Source of the DNA: Candidatus Caccopulliclostridium gallistercoris
Lineage (GTDB): Bacteria > Bacillota > Clostridia > Christensenellales > UBA1242
Reading direction: 5' to 3'
Length of the DNA: 64,000 nucleotides
Assembly: GCA_018713725.1 (NCBI GenBank)
Contig: DVOJ01000007.1
Coordinates: forward strand, 2,486-66,485
Shown one piece after another: positions 45,013 to 55,163 of the stretch (within the stretch, counting starts at the first letter, position 1; each line of letters starts with the position of its first letter). The position numbers and the translations under genes were made by a program. A model generated the notes under the pieces. That model did no database searches. It saw nothing but the letters and a program-made list of their open reading frames with translations, and had not been told where the DNA came from.

Positions 45013-46614
45013 ATGAAAAAACTATTTAGTGGAATTTTAGTTTGTTTTTTGGTAGCTGTATCATTTTTAACCACAGGTTGTTTTAATTTACCTGGCGGTG
45101 ACGATACAGGTAATTTGTTATATCCTTCTGGCACAATTTCTGGCTATAAGGTTTGTTATAAACCGACACAGTATAATTTTGAAAGATTATTTTTAACCTT
45201 TAGTGATAATATAGTAAGTAATTTATTTACTTATTTTACATTTTATAATTATAGATTCGATGATGAAAATAATTTTCCAGGTGTTTCAGAAGACAACTAT
45301 TTAACTATTTGGGATGAAGCTTTAAATTTAGATAGAGTAAGATACCAACCAAAATTTGTAAATGATGAAGATGGTGTTCAATATTATACCTATGATAATG
45401 TTGGGTGGAATTGGTCATTTGGAGATAATATTGAATTTTTAATAAATCCGCTAATTTCTTCAGGTACAAATGGAAAACTTGAAAAAAATAAAAACATTTT
45501 GGAAGATTTTTTAGCAAGAATTGCAGAATATAATATTTATTACTTAAATGATATTATAAGTATATATTCCACAGTCCTAGAATACAATATTTATGAACTC
45601 GTTCTCGGCAGAACTCCAACAGCACCAGTAATTGAAATTTCAGATACTGCAACTACTGTATTAGAGTCTGTTAAGGTAACTTTAAATAGTCAAATAGTTG
45701 ATGGAACAACTACTACCAGAGATACAATAATGGATCCAATCCAAGAAGAATTTTCTTTATACGGCACTTATGTTGGATTTTCTGAAAGAGATAGGGAAAA
45801 TTTAACTAACTATATCTTGGAAACCGTAATTGGCGACCAAATTGTAAATAATCCAACTTATAATAAAAATAATGAATATCAAACAAAAGTTGCCGAAATT
45901 ATAGAGAATGCTAACCCTACTTCAAATCAAGACGTTGAAGAAGGGCAGGAGCCGCCAAGAGATTTCTTTGACCCATACCCAGCTAGTAAAATTAAAGATT
46001 TTAATGGCACGGCTTTCTATATTAACGGCGGTATAGACGAAAACGGAAACTTGTCTAACACCAACGCTTTTGACCATATTCAATCTGCGGAATATCAAAG
46101 CTTTGTTATCATGCCGGAGCAGGAAGATTTATCCTTATGCGCGCTTTGGCTTGCGTTTGAATCTGAACAGCCAATCGACGCTGTAATTAGAGTGCGTTAT
46201 TATAATGGCGCTGGCAGACTATTTGAAACCGCAAAGCAGCAAATTTCAATGTCTGGCGACCCATTTGACGCAACCACGGATATTGTAATGATGGACCTTG
46301 TTTATAACGAAATTTCAGACACTGAACTAGATACTGAAGTTGATATGATTTTAGATCCGTTTGATAATGAGCTTGACGGCGGAATTTTAAAGGCAGACGA
46401 TATAGATGGCAAGTATGTAACTGGCACGCTTGCACATTACTATAATATAATTGAATCTGATAGCGGTTTTGGGGCTATTGGTGTGCTTAATCATAATAGA
46501 ATACCATTTTCATATATGGAAATAGTAATAGACGTAATTAAAGACCCAAACGAGCCGCAAGCTACTTATCCATTTAAAATGGGTGTTGTTGGAATATTCC
46601 CAACGGCAGAATAA
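45013..46614 (+). CDS. lipoprotein of unknown function
   Basis: 533 aa. Signal peptide with lipobox LTTGC. The 5' 900 nt are very AT-rich and the 3' 700 nt are near 45-50 % GC. Confidence 0.7.
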   Translation: MKKLFSGILVCFLVAVSFLTTGCFNLPGGDDTGNLLYPSGTISGYKVCYKPTQYNFERLFLTFSDNIVSNLFTYFTFYNYRFDDENNFPGVSEDNYLTIWDEALNLDRVRYQPKFVNDEDGVQYYTYDNVGWNWSFGDNIEFLINPLISSGTNGKLEKNKNILEDFLARIAEYNIYYLNDIISIYSTVLEYNIYELVLGRTPTAPVIEISDTATTVLESVKVTLNSQIVDGTTTTRDTIMDPIQEEFSLYGTYVGFSERDRENLTNYILETVIGDQIVNNPTYNKNNEYQTKVAEIIENANPTSNQDVEEGQEPPRDFFDPYPASKIKDFNGTAFYINGGIDENGNLSNTNAFDHIQSAEYQSFVIMPEQEDLSLCALWLAFESEQPIDAVIRVRYYNGAGRLFETAKQQISMSGDPFDATTDIVMMDLVYNEISDTELDTEVDMILDPFDNELDGGILKADDIDGKYVTGTLAHYYNIIESDSGFGAIGVLNHNRIPFSYMEIVIDVIKDPNEPQATYPFKMGVVGIFPTAE

Positions 46615-46625
46615 CGGAGAAAAAT

Positions 46626-46961
46626 ATGGGTTTTTTTGACAAAATTTTAAAAGGTTTAGGTTTTGAAAGTGAAGAAAAGAATAATCCTAAGCCTAAAAAA
46701 GAAATAAAAAGAAAAGCTGGCGAATATACATTAGATGGAGAAGAAGAGGAAATAATTGAAGAAATGAAGCCTAAAAGCCAGGAAGAAGTATCTAAGGTTG
46801 TAGACTACTTAAAAAAAGAAGGTAAAGTTATTGTAAACCTTTCTAATTTTGAAGATACTAATTTTAACACTGCACTAAGTTTTCTTTCTGGCGCCGTGTA
46901 CGCTTTTGGCGGAGAAGTGTATAAGCTAGATGACGCCCGCTACAAACTTTTGGTGGTATAA
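46626..46961 (+). CDS. sepF: cell division protein SepF
   Basis: 111 aa. MGFFDKILKGLGF N-terminus and a C-terminal DUF552-like segment (VIVNLSNFEDTNFNTALSFLSGAVYAFGG). Confidence 0.8.
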   Translation: MGFFDKILKGLGFESEEKNNPKPKKEIKRKAGEYTLDGEEEEIIEEMKPKSQEEVSKVVDYLKKEGKVIVNLSNFEDTNFNTALSFLSGAVYAFGGEVYKLDDARYKLLVV

Positions 46962-47516
46962 ATGGTAAAAAATAAATTCTTTAAAAGGTACAAACGCGGT
47001 CTTTTTGCCATACTTCTTATTTTAGGAATTATAGCGCTTGTAATTGGCGTGGATATTTTAACCAAAGTGCTTACAGACGGTAAATCTATTTTAGTTTTAC
47101 CAAGTTTTTTTAATTTTATATCCGTTCACAACACTGGCGGTGCTTGGAGCATTCTAAACGAGCATACTTGGATATTAATAACTCTAACATTTGTATTTTT
47201 AATAGCATTTTGTATCTTTAATTATTTCTTTAAGCAAAGAACTACCCTCTATCTTGTGGGCTTTTCCTTAGTATTCGGCGGTGCGGTTGGAAATTTGATA
47301 GATAGGTTATTTTTAGGCTACGTTAGAGATTTTATAGCCTTAGATTTTATTAACTTTCCAATATTCAACATTGCAGATATGTGCCTTTGTGCAGGCGTAA
47401 TAGTGCTTCTAGTGTTCTTTTTATTTTTATATCCCAAATACAATAAAAAGTATTTAAAAACTAAGCAAAAATTTGCCTTAGCAAAAAAGCTTAAAAAGGT
47501 TAGTTATGGACTTTAA
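46962..47516 (+). CDS. lspA: lipoprotein signal peptidase II
   Basis: HNTGGAWS, GNLIDR and FNIADM motifs, with four TM helices. Confidence 0.9.
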   Translation: MVKNKFFKRYKRGLFAILLILGIIALVIGVDILTKVLTDGKSILVLPSFFNFISVHNTGGAWSILNEHTWILITLTFVFLIAFCIFNYFFKQRTTLYLVGFSLVFGGAVGNLIDRLFLGYVRDFIALDFINFPIFNIADMCLCAGVIVLLVFFLFLYPKYNKKYLKTKQKFALAKKLKKVSYGL

Positions 47517-48408
47517 TATAGAAGAAAAGGATAAAAATAAGCGCCTAGATATTTTTTTGCTTGAAAAGTATCCAGATTTAACGCGCTCTCATATAAAAAA
47601 CATGATAGACGGCGGGAAAGCGCTTTTAAATGGTAAAACCGTTAAAGCAGGGGAAAAGTTAAGGGTAAACGATAAAATCCACGTTGAAAACTTAGAGCCG
47701 GAAGAAGTTAAAACAAAACCGGAAGATATTCCAATAGAAATTGTATACGAAGACGACGATTTAGCCGTAATAAACAAGCCACAAGGCATGGTGGTGCACG
47801 CAGGCGCGGGGAATACGACCGGAACACTTGTAAACGCGCTTTTATTTAAGCTTAAAAATTTAAGCGGAATAAATGGCAAGCTTCGTCCGGGAATAGTACA
47901 CAGATTAGACAAAAACACGTCTGGGCTTCTTCTTATTGCTAAAAACGATTTTGCGCACAATAGCCTTGCAAAACAAATTCAAGAGAAGACGTGTGTAAGA
48001 AAATACATAGCGCTTTTAGAAGGTACGCTAAAAGAGCAAGAAGGGCATATTGAAACGCATATATCAAGAGATAAAAAGCATAGAACTTTAATGAATGTAT
48101 GCCCAGAAAGCCAAGGCAAACTTGCTATAACAGACTACAAAGTTTTAAAGTACTATAACGGCTATACCTTAGTTGAATTTACTTTAAAAACGGGCAGAAC
48201 TCATCAAATTAGGGTTCATGCATCTAGGGTACTACACAAGCCAATAGTGGGCGATAAGGAGTATAATCCTAGCACAAAATTAAACGGGCAACTGCTCCAC
48301 GCGTATAAAATAGAGTTCACCCAGCCAAGAACTGGGCAAAGGATAACTCTTGAAACGTCGCTTCCGGAAAATTTCAAAAAAGTCCTAAAAAAATTACAGG
48401 AAAAATAG
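47506..48408 (+). CDS. rluD: RluA-family 23S rRNA pseudouridine synthase (RluD-like)
   Basis: N-terminal S4 domain, HRLDKNTSGLLLIAK catalytic motif and GRTHQIRVH. Confidence 0.88.
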   Translation: MDFNIEEKDKNKRLDIFLLEKYPDLTRSHIKNMIDGGKALLNGKTVKAGEKLRVNDKIHVENLEPEEVKTKPEDIPIEIVYEDDDLAVINKPQGMVVHAGAGNTTGTLVNALLFKLKNLSGINGKLRPGIVHRLDKNTSGLLLIAKNDFAHNSLAKQIQEKTCVRKYIALLEGTLKEQEGHIETHISRDKKHRTLMNVCPESQGKLAITDYKVLKYYNGYTLVEFTLKTGRTHQIRVHASRVLHKPIVGDKEYNPSTKLNGQLLHAYKIEFTQPRTGQRITLETSLPENFKKVLKKLQEK

Positions 48409-48456
48409 TAGACAAATTATGTTTTTGAATATATAATTAATAGGTCAAAAGGAGAT

Positions 48457-48807
48457 ATGTATATGGCAAACAAAAGTACTAATAAAAGTTCAAGTAGTTC
48501 TAGTTCAAGCAGTTCTCAAACTACGCAAAAGAGAAACACATCTATTAAATGGGTTTTAAATATGCTTTCATTCTTTGCGCTAGTTCTTGTAGGTATTTGT
48601 TTATTATTGCAAGTTATCTTTAACGCAATCGACGCAAGCAAGCTTGCAGGTGCAACAAATGCTATAAGAACAGTTGGTGAATGTATTGCTTACTGCGTAA
48701 TAGCAGTTTATGCCTTTTTCTTTATTAGACACAAGAAAAATCCAGTTTGGGCAGTACTCTACGCAATTGCACTTACAGCTATATTAATTTTAATTATATT
48801 TAGATAA
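48457..48807 (+). CDS. small membrane protein with an N-terminal poly-Ser tract
   Basis: 116 aa (an alternative start is at 48463). KSSSSSSSSSSQTTQKR is followed by three TM helices. Confidence 0.55.
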   Translation: MYMANKSTNKSSSSSSSSSSQTTQKRNTSIKWVLNMLSFFALVLVGICLLLQVIFNAIDASKLAGATNAIRTVGECIAYCVIAVYAFFFIRHKKNPVWAVLYAIALTAILILIIFR

Positions 48808-49187
48808 TGGCAAAAAAAATTATATTTATTACTATGCTCTCGTTGCTTGCACTGGGCTTTGCGTGCTTAATTTTGCAGCTTGCTAGCCCAGTGTTTGTCT
48901 ATGTTTCGCTATTTTGTTTGGCGCTGTTTTCCGGGCTCTTTGGCGTGTATCAAATTTTTAGGTTTATAGAGCTTAATGCGCAAATTAAAGCGGATTATCC
49001 TTCCTATTTAGCTGAGCTTTATATAAAGGGCGTTGCAACGAAATTTCAAGTAGAAAACGTAGACAAGATGCTTTATAAAGAGCATAAAAAGAAATATTTG
49101 ACATTAAAACTTGTAAACTTTGGGCTAATCATGTTAGGCTTTTCACTGATGATAACTCTTCTTTGTGTGTTTTTTGCCAAAGTTTAA
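48807..49187 (+). CDS. small membrane protein
   Basis: 126 aa. The start abuts the upstream stop codon. Two N-terminal TM helices and one C-terminal TM helix. Confidence 0.5.
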   Translation: MAKKIIFITMLSLLALGFACLILQLASPVFVYVSLFCLALFSGLFGVYQIFRFIELNAQIKADYPSYLAELYIKGVATKFQVENVDKMLYKEHKKKYLTLKLVNFGLIMLGFSLMITLLCVFFAKV

Positions 49188-49198
49188 CAAAAAATTAT

Positions 49199-49227
49199 TT
49201 GAAAATCATTTTAGAGTATGTTATACT
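49199..49227 (+). promoter_or_regulatory. promoter of tig (TTGAAA-17-TATACT)
   Basis: TTGAAA at 49199-49204 and TATACT at 49222-49227. Confidence 0.5.
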
Positions 49228-49250
49228 CTCGCAAGTAAAAGGAGAAAATT

Positions 49251-50531
49251 ATGTATACAGCAGAAAAAATTGAAGGAGACAAATTTAAAGTTAAAATTTC
49301 TTTAACCGCTCAGGAATGGAACGAATATGTAAATGAGGCCTACGAGCAAAACAAAGGAAAATTTTCCGTACAAGGTTTTAGAAAGGGTAAAGTGCCTAAA
49401 AAGGTTATAGAACAAAATTATGGCGCAGACATCTTTTTTGACGACGCGCTTCAACTTGCTTTTTCTAAGGAATACGGCGATATGCTAGCAAAGGAAACGG
49501 AAATTGAACCAGTAGACCACCCAGACGTAAGCCTTGAAAAGTTCGATTCAGACGGTCTTGTTTTAAACGTTACAGTTCAAAGCATGCCAGAAGTTAAACT
49601 TGGAAAATACAAGGGGCTTGAAATAGAGAGTGCTAAGGGCGAAGTTGAAGAAAAACAAGTTGAAAAAGAACTTAATCAAGTTCGTGAACGCAACGCACGC
49701 TACGTAGAAGTTCAAAGAGAAGCAAAGCTTGGCGACTTTGTTACAATCGACTTTTCCGGAAGCATAGACGGAGTTAAATTCCCAGGTGGAGAAGCTAAGG
49801 ACTATCGTTTAGAGCTAGGTTCTAAAAGCTTTATTGAAGGTTTTGAAGAGCAAATTGTTGGAATGAAGATTGGCGAGACAAAAACTATTAAAGTAACATT
49901 CCCAGAAAACTATCATGCTGAGGAACTTAAAGGAAAACCAGCTGATTTTGAAATAACCTTAAAAGGCGTTGAAGAAAAGCAGCTTCCAGAGTTAAACGAC
50001 GAATTTGCTTCAAACGTAAGCGAATTTGAAACATTAGATGAATACAAAAAGGATATTAGGAAACACTTAGAAGAGACTTTAAATGAGCGCTTAGAAAGGG
50101 AAACGGAAAACAATATCATAAAGGCAGTTGTAAAGGAAGCCGAAGTTAACATTCCAGAATGCATGGTCGAAAGCCAGCTCGACGCCTATATGAAGGACAT
50201 GGAAACAAGGCTTGCTTACCAAGGTTTAAAACTAGACGACTATTGCAAATATATGAACACAACGCCTGAAAATATTAGAAAAGAAAACCACGACCACGCT
50301 TTAGAAACTGTAAAAACAAGGCTTGCTATTGAAAAGATTATAGAAGTTGAAAACTTAAAAGTTACAGACGAAGAACTTGATTCAAAACTTGAAGAAGTGG
50401 CTAAAAAGTACAACAAAACAGTAGATGACTATAAAAAGTCTTTGGGCGAAAAACAACTAATATACTTTGAAAACGATATTTTAATGGATAAACTTGTTAA
50501 GTTCTTAAAAGAAAATAATAAATTAATTTAA
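49251..50531 (+). CDS. tig: trigger factor
   Basis: 426 aa. GFRKGKVPKKVIE ribosome-binding motif and a central FKBP-type PPIase (GDFVTIDFSGSIDGVKFPGG). Confidence 0.95.
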   Translation: MYTAEKIEGDKFKVKISLTAQEWNEYVNEAYEQNKGKFSVQGFRKGKVPKKVIEQNYGADIFFDDALQLAFSKEYGDMLAKETEIEPVDHPDVSLEKFDSDGLVLNVTVQSMPEVKLGKYKGLEIESAKGEVEEKQVEKELNQVRERNARYVEVQREAKLGDFVTIDFSGSIDGVKFPGGEAKDYRLELGSKSFIEGFEEQIVGMKIGETKTIKVTFPENYHAEELKGKPADFEITLKGVEEKQLPELNDEFASNVSEFETLDEYKKDIRKHLEETLNERLERETENNIIKAVVKEAEVNIPECMVESQLDAYMKDMETRLAYQGLKLDDYCKYMNTTPENIRKENHDHALETVKTRLAIEKIIEVENLKVTDEELDSKLEEVAKKYNKTVDDYKKSLGEKQLIYFENDILMDKLVKFLKENNKLI

Positions 50532-50541
50532 GAGGTGAAAT

Positions 50542-51135
50542 ATGTTAATTCCAATGGTCGTAGACCAAACTGCTAACGGAGAACGTTCATACGACATCTA
50601 TTCTCGTTTGCTAGAAGATAGAATTATTTTTCTTACGGGAGAAATAAACGACGCTATGGCAAACATTATAGTTGCGCAAATGATATATCTAGAAGGAAAA
50701 AATCCAGATAAGGATATTTACCTATATATAAACAGCCCGGGCGGAAGTGTAAGCGCAGGCATGGCAATTTACGACACAATGAACTACTTAAAGTGCGATG
50801 TGTCCACAATTTGCATAGGGCTTGCAGCATCTATGGGCGCGTTTATACTAAGTAGCGGTGCTAAAGGGAAGCGTTTTGTTCTTCCTAATAGTGAAGTTAT
50901 GATACACCAACCACTTGGTGGTGCACAAGGTCAGGCAAGCGACATTGCTATTCAAGCTAAACACATTCAGCACATAAAGGATAAAATAAACAAAATCCTT
51001 AGTGAAAATACAGGTCAACCGCTTGAAAAGATAGAGAAGGACACGGATAGAGATAACTACATGACGGCGGAAGAAGCTAAAAAGTATGGCCTTGTGGATA
51101 AAATTTTCGTTAAACGTTCAAGCGAAAACAAGTAA
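50542..51135 (+). CDS. clpP: ATP-dependent Clp protease proteolytic subunit
   Basis: [11 protein letters not shown] (active-site Ser) and MIHQPLGG (His) motifs. Confidence 0.96.
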   Translation: MLIPMVVDQTANGERSYDIYSRLLEDRIIFLTGEINDAMANIIVAQMIYLEGKNPDKDIYLYINSPGGSVSAGMAIYDTMNYLKCDVSTICIGLAASMGAFILSSGAKGKRFVLPNSEVMIHQPLGGAQGQASDIAIQAKHIQHIKDKINKILSENTGQPLEKIEKDTDRDNYMTAEEAKKYGLVDKIFVKRSSENK

Positions 51136-51152
51136 TCTAAAAGAGGTGAAAT

Positions 51153-52433
51153 TTGAAAGGAAATAACGACAATTTATTTTGCTCATTCTGTGGAAAATCT
51201 CAAAGGCAGGCAAGAAGGCTTATAGCCAGCCCTGACGGCGAAAGCTATATTTGCGACGAGTGCGTGGAAGTTTGCAAGGATATAATTAAGCAAGATAAGG
51301 TTACGACAGTTGAAACGAGCATAGACCTTCCAACTCCGCAGCAAATTAAAGAGCAACTTGACGAGTATATAATAGGGCAAGAAGACGCGAAGCGTGTGCT
51401 TTCTGTTGCCGTGTATAACCATTATAAAAGAATAAACTACAATCTTGTTGCAAAGAGGAGCAAAGACGCAGAAGATACGTCTATTGAGCTTGAAAAGAGC
51501 AACATTTTAATGGTGGGCCCAACAGGTTGCGGAAAGACGTTACTTGCTAAAACGCTTGCCAAAATTTTAAAAGTTCCATTTGCTTCCGCTGATGCTACAA
51601 CGCTTACAGAAGCAGGGTATGTTGGAGACGATGTAGAAAACATACTTTTAAAACTCATTCAAAATGCAGACTACGATATAGCCAAAGCTCAACGTGGAAT
51701 TATATACGTAGACGAAATAGATAAGATAGCTAGAAAAACGCAAAACGTATCAATCACGCGTGACGTTTCCGGCGAAGGTGTTCAACAGGCACTGCTAAAA
51801 ATTATAGAGAGCACAACAGCCAGCGTTCCGCCACAAGGTGGAAGAAAACACCCGCATCAAGAAATGATTCAAATAGATACTACAAACATTCTTTTCATTT
51901 GCGGTGGTGCATTTGTAGGATTAGATAAGATTATAGAATCTAGAATGAACAATACAAGCCTAGGCTTTAATGCTACTATAAACACGACTATTGAAAAGAG
52001 TCAAATAAACTTTGTTAAACACTTGCAGCCGCAAGACCTTATAAAGTTTGGGCTAATTCCAGAATTTGTAGGGCGTCTTCCAGTTGTGGTAGGTTTGCAC
52101 GATTTAACAGAGAACGCATTAATTAGAATTCTAACAGAGCCTAAAAACGCAATCTTAAAACAATATAAAAAGATGTTCGATATAGATAAGGTAGACCTTG
52201 AATTTGAACCCGAAGCTATTCGTTCAGTAGCTCACAAGGCATTAGAATTAAAAACGGGTGCCCGCGGGCTTAGAACAATCCTTGAAGACGGTATGCTAGA
52301 ACTCATGTATGAAATTCCAAGCCGAAAGGATGTAGCAAAAGTAATAATTCCAAAAAACTACTTTACGGAAACGGACATAAAACCAATACTAATTACCAAA
52401 GAAGAAGAGAAGAAAACAGAAGACGTTGGATAA
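51153..52433 (+). CDS. clpX: ATP-dependent Clp protease ATP-binding subunit ClpX
   Basis: TTG start. Zinc ribbon CSFCGK...CDEC, Walker [18 protein letters not shown] and GARGLR. Confidence 0.96.
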   Translation: MKGNNDNLFCSFCGKSQRQARRLIASPDGESYICDECVEVCKDIIKQDKVTTVETSIDLPTPQQIKEQLDEYIIGQEDAKRVLSVAVYNHYKRINYNLVAKRSKDAEDTSIELEKSNILMVGPTGCGKTLLAKTLAKILKVPFASADATTLTEAGYVGDDVENILLKLIQNADYDIAKAQRGIIYVDEIDKIARKTQNVSITRDVSGEGVQQALLKIIESTTASVPPQGGRKHPHQEMIQIDTTNILFICGGAFVGLDKIIESRMNNTSLGFNATINTTIEKSQINFVKHLQPQDLIKFGLIPEFVGRLPVVVGLHDLTENALIRILTEPKNAILKQYKKMFDIDKVDLEFEPEAIRSVAHKALELKTGARGLRTILEDGMLELMYEIPSRKDVAKVIIPKNYFTETDIKPILITKEEEKKTEDVG

Positions 52434-52436
52434 ATA

Positions 52437-52470
52437 AAAACAGAGCTTGATCCTAGCTCTGTTTTTTATT
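52437..52470 (+). terminator. intrinsic terminator after clpX
   Basis: aaaacagagct-tgatcct-agctctgtttt followed by ttatttt. Confidence 0.7.
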
Positions 52471-52604
52471 TTTACTATATTTTGTGTATATTCTTTATGT
52501 ATTAGTACTATATTTTGTGGTATTATGCAAAATTTTAAACAATTTATTGAATTTATTTTACTAAAATTTTGCAATTTGTTAAAATATAAAACAAGGAGAT
52601 AAAT

Positions 52605-53231
52605 ATGCAAGAACCAAATATAAAAATTAATTGCCATAGCAGTATTTGTATAGACGAGAATATTTTTATAGACCCGTTTAATATAAACAGTCGGGCAGAA
52701 GCTAAGGCTATTTTTATAACGCACTCACACTTTGACCATTTAGATATCAACTCTATAAAAAATATTTTAACACCAAACACTGTTATTGTTTGCACTAAGG
52801 ATAGCGCGGAAATTTTAGAAAAGGCGGGGATAACAAATAACATAAACATTGTAACACCAAACCAAACAGGCAAAGTTTTAGATATAAGTTTCCAAACTTT
52901 TCCTTCTTATAACTTTGGTCATCATCACTTTAAAAACTATGGCTTTGTTGGCTACACTTTAAATGTTAACGGAGCAACCTATACCATTTGCGGAGATACC
53001 GACGCTACTCCGGAACTTGAAAACGTTAAAACGGACGTTCTCTTAATTCCAATTGGTGGAATTTACACCATGGACGCAGAAGAAGCCGCAAAGGTTACAA
53101 ACATTATTAAACCTAAATATGTTATTCCAACTCACTATAACTATTTAGACGACACCGCAGGCAAGGAAGGGGAAAAACTTTTTACAAAACTTGTTGACAA
53201 AAACATAAAAGTTTTAATAAAAATAGATTAG
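52605..53231 (+). CDS. MBL-fold metallo-hydrolase
   Basis: 208 aa with an HSHFDHLD (HxHxDH) motif. AAGGAGA SD. Confidence 0.8.
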   Translation: MQEPNIKINCHSSICIDENIFIDPFNINSRAEAKAIFITHSHFDHLDINSIKNILTPNTVIVCTKDSAEILEKAGITNNINIVTPNQTGKVLDISFQTFPSYNFGHHHFKNYGFVGYTLNVNGATYTICGDTDATPELENVKTDVLLIPIGGIYTMDAEEAAKVTNIIKPKYVIPTHYNYLDDTAGKEGEKLFTKLVDKNIKVLIKID

Positions 53232-53240
53232 GGAGAGTTT

Positions 53241-53759
53241 ATGAACGAAACAATTAAAACACTTATAGAAAGAAGAAGTTGCAAAAAGTTTAAATCTGAG
53301 CAAATTAAAAAGGAAGAACTAGATTTAATTTTGCAGGCAGGCATGAACGCACCAACTGGAAAGGGAATGCAGTCGCCTATAATATTAGTTTTACAAGATA
53401 AAGAAAAGATAGAAAAATTAAGAGAGATAAATAAAAAAATTCTAGGCAGAGATGTAGACCCGTTCTATAATGCGCCAACCGTGCTAGTTGTTATGGCGGA
53501 TAAAAATATGTTTACTTACGTTGAAGACGGCAGTTTAGTTCTAGGCAACATGATGAACGCCGCTTTTAGTTTGGGTGTGGGCTCTTGCTGGATTCATAGA
53601 GCAAAAGAAGAGTTTGAATCTCCGGAAGGTAAAGCCCTTTTAAAAGAATGGAATATTTCAGAAAATTATGTAGGTGTTGGTCACTGCATTTTAGGCTATG
53701 CGGGCATGGAATATCCAGAGCCTAAGCCTCGTAAAAAAGATTACGTTCGCTATATTTAA
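53241..53759 (+). CDS. nitroreductase family protein
   Basis: 172 aa. RRSCKKFK and QAGMNAPTGKGMQ motifs. Confidence 0.85.
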   Translation: MNETIKTLIERRSCKKFKSEQIKKEELDLILQAGMNAPTGKGMQSPIILVLQDKEKIEKLREINKKILGRDVDPFYNAPTVLVVMADKNMFTYVEDGSLVLGNMMNAAFSLGVGSCWIHRAKEEFESPEGKALLKEWNISENYVGVGHCILGYAGMEYPEPKPRKKDYVRYI

Positions 53760-53780
53760 AAGTCTATTTATATAAAAACT

Positions 53781-53815
53781 AAAACCCCAAAACAAAATAT
53801 CGTTTGGGGTTTTTG
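53781..53815. terminator. bidirectional terminator
   Basis: aaaaccccaaa ... tttggggtttt. Confidence 0.65.
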
Positions 53816-53818
53816 ATA

Positions 53819-55084
53819 CTAATTATTTCTATCTTTTTTCCTAACTAAGTTTTTTTCTCTACCATTTTGGCTCGGAATATAATAAACTCTATCCTTTAAG
53901 CTTTCGGGCATATAGCGCTGTTTTACATAGCCGCCAAAATCGTGTGGATACTTATATTTTATATGTTTTGTATCGTTTGTGCTAGGGTGATTTTTCAAAT
54001 AATCCGGCACATTATCGTCCTTCACATTTTCCGCGTCTGCACGAGATAAATCCCGTGCCACAATCACAGAGTTAGATTTTTCCGCTTCGCAGGCGTATAT
54101 TATTGCGTGAAAAAGTGGAATAAGCCCTTCCGGTGCTCCCATTTTTTCCACGGCATACATGGCGCTTGTGGAAAGAAGTAGGGCGTTGCTATCCGCCATG
54201 CCTATGTCTTCGCTAGAATGAGCTACAAGGCGTCTAGCTATTATCATAGGGTCTATGCCGGCTATAAGCATGCGCTGTGCCCAGTAAAGTGCGGCTTCCG
54301 TATCTGAACCACGAATAGACTTACAAAATGCGCTTAGCATATCGTAGTATTGGTTTTCGTCTATGGAAAGTGCTTTTTTTTGAATGGATTGCTCAGCAAT
54401 TTCCTTTGTAATTACAATTTCTTTATCCTTATTAAAAGGTGTAGTTAGCACGGCAAGTTCAAGAGCATTTAGCGCCATTCTAACGTCGCCACTAGAAGCC
54501 CAAGCAAAGTGTTTTAAGGCGCTTTCGTCTACTTTAATTGGCATTTTAGAAAGCACTTCGTCCTTTTCAAGTGCGCGTTTCATGGCTTTAATAACGTCTT
54601 TATCTTCAAGTGCTTTAAATTCAAACACTCTGCATCTAGAAACAATAGCTCTTGTCATACTAGTGAAGGGATTTTCCGTGGTGGAGCCTATAAAAACAAT
54701 ACTGCCTTTTTCAATTGCTTCTAAAACGCAGTCGCTTTGTGCTTTATTCCATCTATGGCACTCGTCAAGCAGTAAATAGGTCTGTGTTCCAAACATTGCC
54801 TTCAAGTTTTCTGCTTCTCTAATTATCTCTTTGGCGTCGGATACGCCGCTAGAAACGGCGTTCAATTTTCTAAATTCGCCTTTTAGCTGCTTTGCCACAA
54901 TGTTAGCAAGCGTAGTTTTACCAGTGCCAGGAGGGCCATAAAAAATACAGCTACCAAGTTCTCCAACTTCAATAGCGCGCCTTAAAAGCATATTTTTGCC
55001 AATAATATGTTCTTGCCCTACAAAGTCGTCAAAACTAGTAGGTCGCATTCTCTCCGCAAGTGGCGGACGTTTCGTAATTTCCAT
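53819..55084 (-). CDS. rarA: replication-associated recombination protein A (AAA+ ATPase)
   Basis: 421 aa. GPPGTGKTT, LLLDECHRWNK and the C-terminal MgsA domain (ALYWAQRML). Confidence 0.92.
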   Translation of the reverse strand: MEITKRPPLAERMRPTSFDDFVGQEHIIGKNMLLRRAIEVGELGSCIFYGPPGTGKTTLANIVAKQLKGEFRKLNAVSSGVSDAKEIIREAENLKAMFGTQTYLLLDECHRWNKAQSDCVLEAIEKGSIVFIGSTTENPFTSMTRAIVSRCRVFEFKALEDKDVIKAMKRALEKDEVLSKMPIKVDESALKHFAWASSGDVRMALNALELAVLTTPFNKDKEIVITKEIAEQSIQKKALSIDENQYYDMLSAFCKSIRGSDTEAALYWAQRMLIAGIDPMIIARRLVAHSSEDIGMADSNALLLSTSAMYAVEKMGAPEGLIPLFHAIIYACEAEKSNSVIVARDLSRADAENVKDDNVPDYLKNHPSTNDTKHIKYKYPHDFGGYVKQRYMPESLKDRVYYIPSQNGREKNLVRKKDRNN

Positions 55085-55136
55085 AAAATAATTATATCAT
55101 ATATATTAAAATTTTACTAGTGTTTATAAGTAAAAT

Positions 55137-55163
55137 AAAAATCCGCACTTAGCGGATTTTTTT
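55137..55163 (-). terminator. intrinsic terminator after the GDPD gene
   Basis: aaaaatccgc-actta-gcggattttt. Confidence 0.65.

Noticed and set aside
52470-52530. Direct repeat tactatattttgtg(t/g) occurring twice upstream of the MBL hydrolase gene, as a possible operator
   Set aside because: The repeat is short and lies in AT-rich sequence. There is no associated regulator, so I cannot distinguish it from chance.
52389-52873. Two minus-strand ORFs of 106-111 aa
   Set aside because: They run through the clpX terminator, the AT-rich promoter region and the 5' end of the MBL hydrolase gene. The peptides are low-complexity and Ile/Phe/Lys-rich.
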